NCBI GenBank assembly: GCA_001873435.1
Contig: MNZB01000004.1
Span: 307,004-371,003 of the forward strand
Length of the DNA: 64,000 nt
Origin: Candidatus Pacebacteria bacterium CG2_30_36_39
Lineage (GTDB): Bacteria > Patescibacteriota > Microgenomatia > UBA1400 > PJMF01
Reading direction: 5' to 3'
Every line of letters begins with the position of its first letter. Position 1 is the first letter of the stretch. The position numbers were made by a program, and so were the translations under genes. The notes under the pieces are model-generated. The model had not been told where the DNA came from. It was given only the letters and a program-made list of their open reading frames with translations, and searched no databases. Of this stretch, positions 1 through 8,200 are shown one piece after another.

Positions 1-545
1 TTATCCAAATAAATGACTCTAAACTCTTCTCTAGCTCTAAATAAATCTGATTCTATAGATTTGACGGTTCTATCTAATAAAATTGAGATCTCTTTTACCC
101 TCATCTTATCTATGTATTTCAATAAAAGAAGTTCTCGATATTCCTTTTTCATTTCTGATAAAACAGAGTTGACTAATTTAGTGACATCCTCAGAACCATG
201 AAGTGGCTTTTGTAAAATTTCTTCAAACAGTGGAATTGTTTGCAAAGCCTTTTTAGCATATTTTTTACGATAAAAATCTGCTATTTCATGATGCAAAATA
301 CTAGTCATCCAAGTTTTTAAACTCGATTCTCCTCTAAAAAGAGGTAATTGACGCAAAGCATTGATAAACATTTCTTGAACTAGTTCTTCAGCGTCATTTG
401 TATTGGAGATTTTTTTTAGAGTTAAATTATAAAAATATGAAAAAAAATGGTTATACCAAGTTTTTACTGCATGCTTATCACCACCACGAAGCTTTATTAA
501 TAATTCTTTCTCCTCATCGCTAGTAAATGCTTGACTTATCCTCAT
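1..545 (-). CDS. ECF-type RNA polymerase sigma-70 factor (3' end runs off window)
   Basis: Not in ORF track. Manual translation from ATG at 545: MRISQAFTSDEEKELLIKLRGGDKHA...DAEELVQEMFINALRQLPLFRGESSLKTWMTSILHHEIADFYRK (region 2) ...YRELLLLKYIDKMRVKEISILLDRTVKSIESDLFRAREEF (region 4 HTH). Confidence 0.9.
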   Translation of the reverse strand, partial: MRISQAFTSDEEKELLIKLRGGDKHAVKTWYNHFFSYFYNLTLKKISNTNDAEELVQEMFINALRQLPLFRGESSLKTWMTSILHHEIADFYRKKYAKKALQTIPLFEEILQKPLHGSEDVTKLVNSVLSEMKKEYRELLLLKYIDKMRVKEISILLDRTVKSIESDLFRAREEFRVIYLD

Positions 546-553
546 ACTTTTAC

Positions 554-562
554 TGATATAAT
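554..562 (+). promoter_or_regulatory. Extended -10 promoter (TGaTATAAT) for pilin array
   Basis: TATAAT at 557-562 preceded by TG; ATG follows 9 nt later. Confidence 0.6.
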
Positions 563-571
563 ACCATCGAC

Positions 572-904
572 ATGATTTATTCACTTCTTGCACAAAATGG
601 TGGTTCAGGTCTTGATCTAGGCTCAACCCTAACACTTCGAGGTGGAACCCCCGTTAAAGATATTTACAAAACACCAGGAGATTTGGTTAACCTAATTGTT
701 CCAAATATGTTTGTATTGGGAGGAATTGCTGTTTTTGCCATGATGTTGCTTGCTGGTTTTAAATTTATTAGTAACACATCCAAGGGCAAAGAAGAGTCGC
801 TGGTTATTTTTAAAAACGCTGTCATTGGTTTTTCTGTCATGTTTTGTGCTTACTGGGTAGTTCAGGTTATTAAACTTGTAACAGGAGCTGATATTCCTTT
901 ATAA
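572..904 (+). CDS. VirB2/TrbC-like (T4SS pilin family) protein 1
   Basis: Two hydrophobic helices flanking AGFKFISNTSKGKEES...KNAVIG loop; paralogous to neighbours. Confidence 0.7.
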   Translation: MIYSLLAQNGGSGLDLGSTLTLRGGTPVKDIYKTPGDLVNLIVPNMFVLGGIAVFAMMLLAGFKFISNTSKGKEESLVIFKNAVIGFSVMFCAYWVVQVIKLVTGADIPL

Positions 905-924
905 AATCATATAAAAGTAATACA

Positions 925-1389
925 ATGCCAAATAGAAAAATGAATAAATTAACCAAAATATTATTAACAACACCAGTTTTTTTAAGTTTAGCTCGTTTTT
1001 CTAATGTTTTTGCCGTTTCACCAGTCCCATCATCTGGCGCTGGTTCAAATGTTTTTGGTACCATCAAAGCTCCAGCTGGAGTAGCAAAATATAATGCTGC
1101 CAGTGGGGGTGGAATTGGCATAATCTTATTTGTTTCCAACGGAATTCGTATTGTCACTGTTGTTGCTGGCGTATGGGTTATGCTCAACTTTATTTTGGCA
1201 GGATGGAAATACATTACATCTAGTGGAGACACCAAAGCCCACACAGAGGCTTCTTCAATGATGACTAATAGTGTTATGGGTTTGGCAATAATAGTTGGCT
1301 CCTATACTGTTGCTGCAATTTTTGGCCTGATTTTCTTTGGCGATGCCACATACATTCTCAATCCGAAATTAGAAGGTGTAGGAATTTAA
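925..1389 (+). CDS. VirB2/TrbC-like pilin 2
   Basis: Signal peptide; AGWKYITSSGDTK...SVMG between two TM helices. Confidence 0.75.
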   Translation: MPNRKMNKLTKILLTTPVFLSLARFSNVFAVSPVPSSGAGSNVFGTIKAPAGVAKYNAASGGGIGIILFVSNGIRIVTVVAGVWVMLNFILAGWKYITSSGDTKAHTEASSMMTNSVMGLAIIVGSYTVAAIFGLIFFGDATYILNPKLEGVGI

Positions 1390-1390
1390 T

Positions 1391-1792
1391 ATGTTATCAA
1401 TTTTGTCTTTAATCGCTCAAAACAACACCATTGATCTTGGAGGTTTTACCCCACCAACAGATGCTTATAGTAAAGGCTCTGGTAGTTCTGCCAATGGAGC
1501 TCAAGCGCTTAAAAACCTCGAGCTTTTCATTTCCAACATCATTGGCTTTATGACTGCTCTTGGTGGAATTTTCTTTGTTATTTATTTCGTGTTAGGAGCA
1601 TTTGAATGGATTAGTAGTGGTGGAGACAAAGGCAAAGTAGAAAAAGCTCGCAACCGAATGATGAATGGTGCCATTGGCTTGGTTTTAATGGTAGCTGCCT
1701 ACGGAATCATTGGTTTACTTGGCAGCTTTGTTGGTCTAGATTTACTCAACCCAGCTGAACAAATTAATCAAATATATAGCACTATTAAATAA
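1391..1792 (+). CDS. VirB2/TrbC-like pilin 3
   Basis: GAFEWISSGGDKGKVEKARNRMMNGAIG core between TM helices. Confidence 0.8.
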   Translation: MLSILSLIAQNNTIDLGGFTPPTDAYSKGSGSSANGAQALKNLELFISNIIGFMTALGGIFFVIYFVLGAFEWISSGGDKGKVEKARNRMMNGAIGLVLMVAAYGIIGLLGSFVGLDLLNPAEQINQIYSTIK

Positions 1793-2078
1793 ACATGAAA
1801 AAATTAACCACTTCAATTTTAGCCGTTATCGCTGGATTATTACTCTCAACTGGTAATACTTATGCTGAATTAACAAACCCAGTTATTGGTGATTCTCTTG
1901 GTAGTGATGCAGACAAGGCAAATGAAGGTACTACTTTTGCTGAATACTTTATTTTCTTTTGGAATGCTTTGATAAGTATTGGTGCCATCATGGTACTTAT
2001 TTTCTTCATTTGGGGGGCATTGGAATGGATTAGTAGTGGTGGAGACAAAGGCAAAGTAGAAAATGCTCGCAACCGAAT
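1604..2078 (+). repeat. 56-bp direct repeat (1604-1659 and 2023-2078, one mismatch) in pilin cores
   Basis: gaatggattagtagtggtggagacaaaggcaaagtagaaaa(a/t)gctcgcaaccgaat present in both genes. Confidence 0.9.
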
Positions 2079-2202
2079 TACTCAAGCTTTTATTGGTCTA
2101 GTTGTCTTAGTTGGTTCTTATGTAATTATTGGTTTTGTAAGTGAAATCTTCTTTGGCGAATCATTTAACGTCTTACAAATTAATATTCCAGAGCCAAAAT
2201 AA
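1795..2202 (+). CDS. VirB2/TrbC-like pilin 4
   Basis: Signal peptide (TYA|E); GALEWISSGGDKGKVENARNRITQAFIG core. Confidence 0.8.
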   Translation: MKKLTTSILAVIAGLLLSTGNTYAELTNPVIGDSLGSDADKANEGTTFAEYFIFFWNALISIGAIMVLIFFIWGALEWISSGGDKGKVENARNRITQAFIGLVVLVGSYVIIGFVSEIFFGESFNVLQINIPEPK

Positions 2203-2203
2203 T

Positions 2204-2551
2204 ATGTCACAAAAACTCATTGCCGCTACTCTAGATCTTGCTAAATCAGCCAGCCAAGGGAACCTCCCTGGAGCTGGTAGTTCTGACCCTCAAAAAGGAT
2301 TTGGAGATTTTTTAAGTGGTCTAATGGGTGGAATTATGGTTTTGGCGGCAATCATGGTTTTGCTTTTTCTCATTTGGGGAGCAATTGATTGGATTACTAG
2401 CGCTGGTGACAAAGGAAAACTCGAAGCTGCTCGCAACAAAATCACTAATTCTCTTATCGGATTAGTTGTCTTAGCAGCTACTACAGCCATATTTATGTTG
2501 ATTCAAAGTTTGCTAGGTATTTGTGTTTTAAGCTTTGGAAACGGCTGTTAA
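2204..2551 (+). CDS. VirB2/TrbC-like pilin 5
   Basis: Start moved to ATG 2204, just after the previous stop; GAIDWITSAGDKGKLEAARNKITNSLIG core; two C-terminal Cys. Confidence 0.8.
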   Translation: MSQKLIAATLDLAKSASQGNLPGAGSSDPQKGFGDFLSGLMGGIMVLAAIMVLLFLIWGAIDWITSAGDKGKLEAARNKITNSLIGLVVLAATTAIFMLIQSLLGICVLSFGNGC

Positions 2552-2562
2552 AAAAAACGTTT

Positions 2563-2592
2563 TTGACGTAGGACAGCAAAACTTGATACAAT
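2563..2592 (+). promoter_or_regulatory. Sigma70 promoter for pilin 6
   Basis: TTGACG (2563-2568), 18 nt spacer ending TGa, TACAAT (2587-2592); AAGGA SD before ATG 2646. Confidence 0.65.
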
Positions 2593-2645
2593 AACAAAGA
2601 ATTTAGGTTTAATAGTAAAAAAAGTAAACGTAAAAAAAGGAAAAT

Positions 2646-3050
2646 ATGAACAAAGTTCAAAAATTCGCCATTTCTACAGGAATGACCTTAAGCGGCTTAG
2701 CTTCTGCTGTTATGCCTGTTGCTGCTGCTACAAAAATTACTGACACCAACGTCGACCCTGGAAAAGGTTTTGCTACCGATTTTGGTGGCTTAATTAATGG
2801 TGTCTTGAGTTTTGTAATGGTAATTGCCGCTCTTTTAGTATTCTTGTACCTCATTTGGGGTGGTATTGAATGGATTACAAGTGGTGGCGATAAGGGTAAA
2901 ACAGAATCTGCTCGCAACAAAATCACTTCAGCCATTATTGGTTTGGTGGTCGTAGCTGCTTCTTACGCAATTCTCACTCTAGCCCTCAACTTCTTAGGCT
3001 TCACTGACCTCAATGATGTCTTCACAACCAGAAGTATTCAAGGTAAATAA
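2646..3050 (+). CDS. VirB2/TrbC-like pilin 6 (likely major pilin)
   Basis: Signal peptide; GGIEWITSGGDKGKTESARNKITSAIIG core; own promoter, SD and terminator. Confidence 0.85.
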   Translation: MNKVQKFAISTGMTLSGLASAVMPVAAATKITDTNVDPGKGFATDFGGLINGVLSFVMVIAALLVFLYLIWGGIEWITSGGDKGKTESARNKITSAIIGLVVVAASYAILTLALNFLGFTDLNDVFTTRSIQGK

Positions 3051-3069
3051 TCTCTCAATTTTGAGCATT

Positions 3070-3096
3070 AAAACCCCGTCGCAAGGCGGGGTTTTT
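3070..3096 (+). terminator. Rho-independent terminator
   Basis: aaaaccccgtc-gcaa-ggcggggttttt hairpin with GNRA loop and U tract. Confidence 0.85.
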
Positions 3097-3141
3097 GGTT
3101 ATATTCTCCAAAAGCATTAAGCCATGTATAATGATCAAATC

Positions 3142-3567
3142 ATGCCTTTAAGCAATTCACTTAAAAAAACTGTTAAAACCATCTCTAGCTCAATACTAAT
3201 GTTTTTCTTAGCTTTTTCCCCAGCCAATGCCCAAACACAAGCTTGGACTGGAGTTTGTGTCAGCACCAGAGATGAAACAGTCGCAACAATACAAGGTTTT
3301 CAATGTTTGTTGGCAAATGTTTTGAGTGGTTTTTTAACCCTAGTGGGAATGGCTGGTTTCATCACCCTAATCGTTGCTGGTATAAGAATTTTATTATCTG
3401 GTGGTAATAGTCAGGCATTAGAAAAATCAAAAAGTTCAATTACCTTTGCAATTCTTGGTTTAATTGTAGCTCTAAGTGCCTTTATGATTCTAAATTTGGT
3501 AGCAGAATTTACTGGTGTTAAAACCATTTTAAATTTTGTAATTCCAGACTCAAACCATCAGTGGTAA
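3142..3567 (+). CDS. VirB2/TrbC-like pilin 7
   Basis: Start placed at ATG 3142 (9 nt after TATAAT); signal peptide ANA|Q, Cys pair, AGIRILLSGGNSQALEKSKSSITFAILG. Confidence 0.75.
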   Translation: MPLSNSLKKTVKTISSSILMFFLAFSPANAQTQAWTGVCVSTRDETVATIQGFQCLLANVLSGFLTLVGMAGFITLIVAGIRILLSGGNSQALEKSKSSITFAILGLIVALSAFMILNLVAEFTGVKTILNFVIPDSNHQW

Positions 3568-3573
3568 TAGCAT

Positions 3574-4296
3574 CTACTTACCAAAACGTCTTTTTCTATT
3601 ATTAAATTCTTCAATTGCTAAAGCAAATTCTTCTTCATCGAAATCTGGCATTAATACTTTGGGAAAATATAGTTCTGAATAGCAGTTCTGCCATAATAAA
3701 AATCCAGATAACCTCTGCTCTCCTCCTGGTCGAATAATCAACTCTGGATCTGGAATATTGGCAGTATCTAAAAATTTAGCAAACTCATCCTGGGTCATTT
3801 TTTTAATTTCAGTAGAATTTAACTTAGTATTTTTCATTATTTTCTCCACGACCCTTAGAATCTCATCTCTCCCCCCATAATTTAAAGCAAATTGAACGGT
3901 TAAATTTTTATTCTCTTTGGTTTTTTCCTTCCATTCGGCAATACTATCTTGGATGTCTTGATCAAAACGAGTTAAATCTCCAATAGTAGTAATTTTAACT
4001 CCCAATTCATCTAGTTCTTTGGCTTGAACTTTAAACAGTTCGCGAAACAACGACATTAAAGCAGCAATTTCTTTTGGATCTCTATTCCAATTCTCAGTAC
4101 TAAATGCCCAGAGGGTTAAATATTCAACTTTCCAATCAATGGCTGACTTAACTACTTTTTTAATTCCTTCTCTTGCCATTTTTTGATGTCCAACCACAGC
4201 CTCAAGTCCCCTTTCTCTAGCCCAACGACGATTTCCATCCATCACTATAGCTATATGACGAGGAACTTGGAGATTTTTATTAATTCCTTGAGGCAT
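3574..4296 (-). CDS. uppS: Undecaprenyl diphosphate synthase
   Basis: HIAIVMDGNRRWA, AFSTENWNR, NYGGRDEI, IRPGGEQRLSGFLLWQ motifs. Confidence 0.97.
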   Translation of the reverse strand: MPQGINKNLQVPRHIAIVMDGNRRWARERGLEAVVGHQKMAREGIKKVVKSAIDWKVEYLTLWAFSTENWNRDPKEIAALMSLFRELFKVQAKELDELGVKITTIGDLTRFDQDIQDSIAEWKEKTKENKNLTVQFALNYGGRDEILRVVEKIMKNTKLNSTEIKKMTQDEFAKFLDTANIPDPELIIRPGGEQRLSGFLLWQNCYSELYFPKVLMPDFDEEEFALAIEEFNNRKRRFGK

Positions 4297-4398
4297 TTAT
4301 TCCTTTGTTTGTTTATTAAATAAAGACAACAAAGTCTTAGTCGTAAAAAAACAATAAATCATTCTCCAGAGTAAATCGTGATACAATTCTTCCTATCT

Positions 4399-6612
4399 AT
4401 GGACAGCCACTATGATCACATTTCAACTGAACCCAAGCTTTATGAAACCTGGGAAAAGTCTGGTGCTTTCTCACCAAAAAAAACTGATAAATCAGCAAAA
4501 ACATTCACTATAATGATGCCTCCTCCTAATGCCAATGATCCGCTGCATATAGGACACGCAATGTTTTTAACCGTCGAAGACATTCTAATTCGCTATCATC
4601 GCATGTTGGGTGACATAACTCTTTGGTTGCCAGGAACAGATCATGCTGGAATTGAGACGCAATTTGTTTTTGAAAAAAAACTTAAGAAAAAAAATCAGAG
4701 TAGATTTGAATTTGATCGAGAGACTCTTTACAAAATGATTTGGGATTATGTTCAAGAAAATTCTTCCGTAGCTGTCGAACAAATGAAAAAAATTGGTGCT
4801 AGTGCAGATTGGACTAGATTTACTTTTATGCTTGATGAAAAGGTTGTTAAGCAAGTTCTAGCTAGTTTCATCAAGCTCCATCAAGATTCTTTGCTATATA
4901 GAGACGAACAGCTGGTTAATTACTGTACTCAATGTGGAACTAGTTTTTCTGATCTGGAAGTAGTGTATGTTGACCAAAATTCACCACTTTATTACGTAAA
5001 ATATCCTTTGGTAGAAAATCCACGGGAATTTATAACTGTTGCTACAGTTAGACCAGAACCTATTTTTGCAGACACTCACCTAGCAGTTAACCCAGATGAT
5101 AAAAAACATAATTATTTAATTGGCAAAAAAGTTTTAAATCCCCTTACAAATGAAGAAATGGAAATTATTGCCGATGAATTTGTTGATCCAGAATTTGGAA
5201 CTGGTATTGTTAAACTAACTCCAGCCCATGATGCTAATGATTTTCAGGTGGCCAAAAAACACAATCTACCAATACATCAAGCTATAAACCTTGAGGGAAA
5301 AATAACTGCCAAAGGTGGAAAATATGCTGGTTTAAGAGTTAAAGCTGCAAGAGAAAGTGTTGTTAATGATCTACAAGAAAAAGGCTTAATAGAAAAAATT
5401 GATGATAAATATAACAATAGAGTGGCTGTTTGTTATCGCTGTCAAAAACCAATAGAACCATTATTGCTCCCACAGTTTTTTGTAAAAGTTAAACCCCTTG
5501 TTGAGCCAATTTTAAATGACTTAAAAAATGAAAAGTTTCATGTTTATGGAGCTGGACATGACAAAATCCTTAAACACTGGTTGGAAAACTTAAGAGACTG
5601 GAATATTTCTCGCCAAATTGTTTGGGGAATAAGAATTCCAGTTTGGTATTCAGTAACAGAAAATCCAGACATTGTGGTTAGTTTTCTAACAACAGATAAA
5701 AATAAAATAACTGGAAACATCAAAAGTGTTTTAGAACAAGGATTTACTGTTGAACAAATAAATAATGGCTTACAAGAATTAAGAGCTCCTATTCAAGCAA
5801 ATTTTGTTGTCAGCACCTCTAGCCCTGGTGTTGATTATTTACAAGAAACAGATACTTTTGACACTTGGTTTAGCTCTGCTCAATGGCCTTTTACAACTCT
5901 AAAAAAGAACGGAGATGAGGACTTTAAACAATTCTATCCCACCCAAGTGATGGAAACAGGATACGACATTCTCCCCTTCTGGGTTATGCGCATGCTCATG
6001 ATGGGAAAATATATTACTGGTGAACTGCCTTTTTCCAATATTTATCTCCATGGACTTGTTAGAGACCAAAAAGGACAGAAGATGAGTAAGAGTAAGGGAA
6101 ATGTGGTCAATCCCCTAGTTATAGCCGAAAAATATGGATCTGACGCTCTTAGAATGGCTCTAGTAATTCGTTCGTCAGCCGGTTTAGACAAATCAGTTGG
6201 AGAACCAGACTTTAAAGCTATGCGTAATTTCTCCAACAAGCTTTGGAATGCATCAAGATTTGTTCTTGAACATTTAGATCTTTCTCAAGAAGGAGATGTT
6301 AAAACAAACGAAAATTTCATTAATAAACTAAATGAAATTTCTAAAACTATTACTAAAAATTTAAATAACTTTCAAATTGGTTTGGCTGCAGAAACTAGCT
6401 ATAACGAATTTTGGCATTGGTTTTGTGATGAACAAATAGAAATTACTAAAACAGGAAAACTTGGGGGCAAAGAGCTTTTACATGGATTGAAAGTTTTTAT
6501 TGCCCTACTCCACCCATTTGTGCCATTCGTAACAGAAGCAGTCTGGCAAGAAATGAGACAAAAACAATTGGTTGAAACCGATTTATTAATTACTACTTCC
6601 TGGCCTAGTTAA
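4399..6612 (+). CDS. valS: Valine--tRNA ligase (short form lacking C-terminal coiled coil)
   Basis: PPPN..LHIGHA, PGTDHAGI, DWNISRQIVWG, DTWFSS, KMSKS motifs; start placed at ATG 4399. Confidence 0.95.
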   Translation: MDSHYDHISTEPKLYETWEKSGAFSPKKTDKSAKTFTIMMPPPNANDPLHIGHAMFLTVEDILIRYHRMLGDITLWLPGTDHAGIETQFVFEKKLKKKNQSRFEFDRETLYKMIWDYVQENSSVAVEQMKKIGASADWTRFTFMLDEKVVKQVLASFIKLHQDSLLYRDEQLVNYCTQCGTSFSDLEVVYVDQNSPLYYVKYPLVENPREFITVATVRPEPIFADTHLAVNPDDKKHNYLIGKKVLNPLTNEEMEIIADEFVDPEFGTGIVKLTPAHDANDFQVAKKHNLPIHQAINLEGKITAKGGKYAGLRVKAARESVVNDLQEKGLIEKIDDKYNNRVAVCYRCQKPIEPLLLPQFFVKVKPLVEPILNDLKNEKFHVYGAGHDKILKHWLENLRDWNISRQIVWGIRIPVWYSVTENPDIVVSFLTTDKNKITGNIKSVLEQGFTVEQINNGLQELRAPIQANFVVSTSSPGVDYLQETDTFDTWFSSAQWPFTTLKKNGDEDFKQFYPTQVMETGYDILPFWVMRMLMMGKYITGELPFSNIYLHGLVRDQKGQKMSKSKGNVVNPLVIAEKYGSDALRMALVIRSSAGLDKSVGEPDFKAMRNFSNKLWNASRFVLEHLDLSQEGDVKTNENFINKLNEISKTITKNLNNFQIGLAAETSYNEFWHWFCDEQIEITKTGKLGGKELLHGLKVFIALLHPFVPFVTEAVWQEMRQKQLVETDLLITTSWPS

Positions 6613-6637
6613 AACTTGGCACAATAGACTAGTATTT

Positions 6638-7096
6638 ATGTTTCAATTCATTGCTCTTAATTGGTTAATTGTTAGGCTTATTTTCTCTCTCCTGAGTATG
6701 GGTTTAGGATTGGTTCTACGGCGCTTTTTTTTACATAAAAAGTTAGCTCCAGTAAATCTAGTTCTAACTTTTGGAGTGTTTTTCTTGGTTGTTTTCACAC
6801 TATTAACCCCAAGTTTTTCACCAAAAGACCAACCAATCCCAGATAATATCTTTTTGGGGAACAATTCAAATCAATCAACTCTACGCGGCCTTTCCTTAAC
6901 TAGTTTGGAGGCAAAATATTTATTAACTAAAAATGAAGATTTTTTATTAAATAATCAAATCTTTCCTCAAGATTTACTATTAAACTTATCAAGTTTGGCT
7001 AGAATTTCTTTAGAAAACGAAAAAGCGGACCAATTCTTAGAAATGGCCCGCTATATTTCACCTAATAATGAGGTTTTTAAACCTCGTTCTGAATAG
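6638..7096 (+). CDS. Hypothetical membrane protein (2 TM plus TPR-like C-terminal helix pair)
   Basis: 152-aa ORF filling the gap; hydrophobic N-half. Confidence 0.6.
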   Translation: MFQFIALNWLIVRLIFSLLSMGLGLVLRRFFLHKKLAPVNLVLTFGVFFLVVFTLLTPSFSPKDQPIPDNIFLGNNSNQSTLRGLSLTSLEAKYLLTKNEDFLLNNQIFPQDLLLNLSSLARISLENEKADQFLEMARYISPNNEVFKPRSE

Positions 7097-7098
7097 TT

Positions 7099-7752
7099 TT
7101 ATTCAGTAGCTGTTTCTTCTGCTGGTTTATCTTCTGTTGAAGCGGCTTCAGAACCTTCTGTGCCCTCTTCTACAACCTCAGCAACTTCTTCTACTTCAGC
7201 TTTTTGTTCCTGCACAATGATTAAAGGTTCATCTTCACCTTCTTCACCTAAAACCAAAGATACTTTTGAACGATCAAAGCTAAGATCTTTGTAAGTAATT
7301 GTTTGACCAATTTCTTTAAGATTCTCTGCTAAAAACACAAATTTCTCTGGTAAATCGGTTGGTAAAGCTTCAACTTCAACAGTGTCTTTAACCAAAACCA
7401 TAACTCCACCTAAAACATTAAACTCACCTTCGATTTCAACTGGAATTTCTGCACTGATTTTTTCTTTCAAACTAACTTGGTGAAAAGATACATGAACAAA
7501 TTTTCCAGATAAAGAATCTGCTTGAGCTTCTTCAATCATTACTGGGTGTTTTTCTTTATCTCCCTCTAGAGTTAAATAAATTAAACCACTTTCTCCGGCC
7601 TGATTATAAAGCTTAACAAAATCTTGTTGTTTTAGTTGTACAGCAACTGATTTTCCTTCACCATAAATGTTAGCTGGAAGAATTCCAGCTGCTCTTAATT
7701 GGTTTGGTTTTTTATCTTCTCTTGCCTGTACTGTGGCAGTAATTTGAGTCAT
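7099..7752 (-). CDS. rplY: 50S ribosomal protein L25/Ctc
   Basis: LRAAGILPANIYG, HVSFHQV, VEVEALPTDLPE, acidic tail; start placed at ATG 7752. Confidence 0.95.
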   Translation of the reverse strand: MTQITATVQAREDKKPNQLRAAGILPANIYGEGKSVAVQLKQQDFVKLYNQAGESGLIYLTLEGDKEKHPVMIEEAQADSLSGKFVHVSFHQVSLKEKISAEIPVEIEGEFNVLGGVMVLVKDTVEVEALPTDLPEKFVFLAENLKEIGQTITYKDLSFDRSKVSLVLGEEGEDEPLIIVQEQKAEVEEVAEVVEEGTEGSEAASTEDKPAEETATE

Positions 7753-7899
7753 GTTTCCCTTTCCATAAATGGATATTCTTTGTTTTTTAAACCAGGCGTA
7801 CATTGTAACACACCAGTCTAATTATTTTTTTATAGTGAAAAAACTGTATCAAACTATAAAGTGATTTGTTATATATAAAAAACCACCTATTTAATTGAT

Positions 7900-8200
7900 A
7901 TATTCGACTTATATTGATCTTATAAACAAAAAAACACGTGAAAATATCTATATCATAATATAAACAAGTGATAAACAAATTTTTAACATTAAAAAAAATG
8001 TCTCTAGATATAGATAATATTTACCCCCAAGTTTTCCACATTAATAAATTAAAATTGTTGTGTTTTTTTATCAACATTTATATTTAAAAAAAACAATAAA
8101 AATTTAATTTATTAGTCAAGACAATCGGCTTTATATAAAAAAATGGAAAAGAATAAGCCATTATTAAATGACAAACATTAATTAGTTATTCACGAAAAAA
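7900..8200 (+). promoter_or_regulatory. AT-rich intergenic region with degenerate DnaA-box cluster
   Basis: TTATAAACA 7920, TTTTCCACA 8032, TTATCAACA 8068, TTATTCACG 8186, all in the same orientation. Confidence 0.45.

Noticed and set aside
13-201. 62-aa plus-strand ORF
   Set aside because: Antisense shadow of the ECF sigma gene
870-2935. Minus-strand ORFs with repeated LSPPL motifs
   Set aside because: Antisense translations of the conserved pilin core
572-3567. Recurrent ~50-nt similarity as a possible CRISPR array or DGR
   Set aside because: Repeats lie in frame within pilin genes about 400 bp apart; no cas or reverse transcriptase gene, and no adenine-specific mismatch pattern
4399-6612. 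valS as a truncated pseudogene
   Set aside because: All catalytic motifs are intact; loss of the C-terminal coiled coil is a known short ValRS form
7787-7978. 63-aa ORF and a dif-like string near 7981
   Set aside because: Low-complexity AT-rich ORF; only a partial XerD-arm resemblance, no XerC arm, and the site is near the origin rather than the terminus
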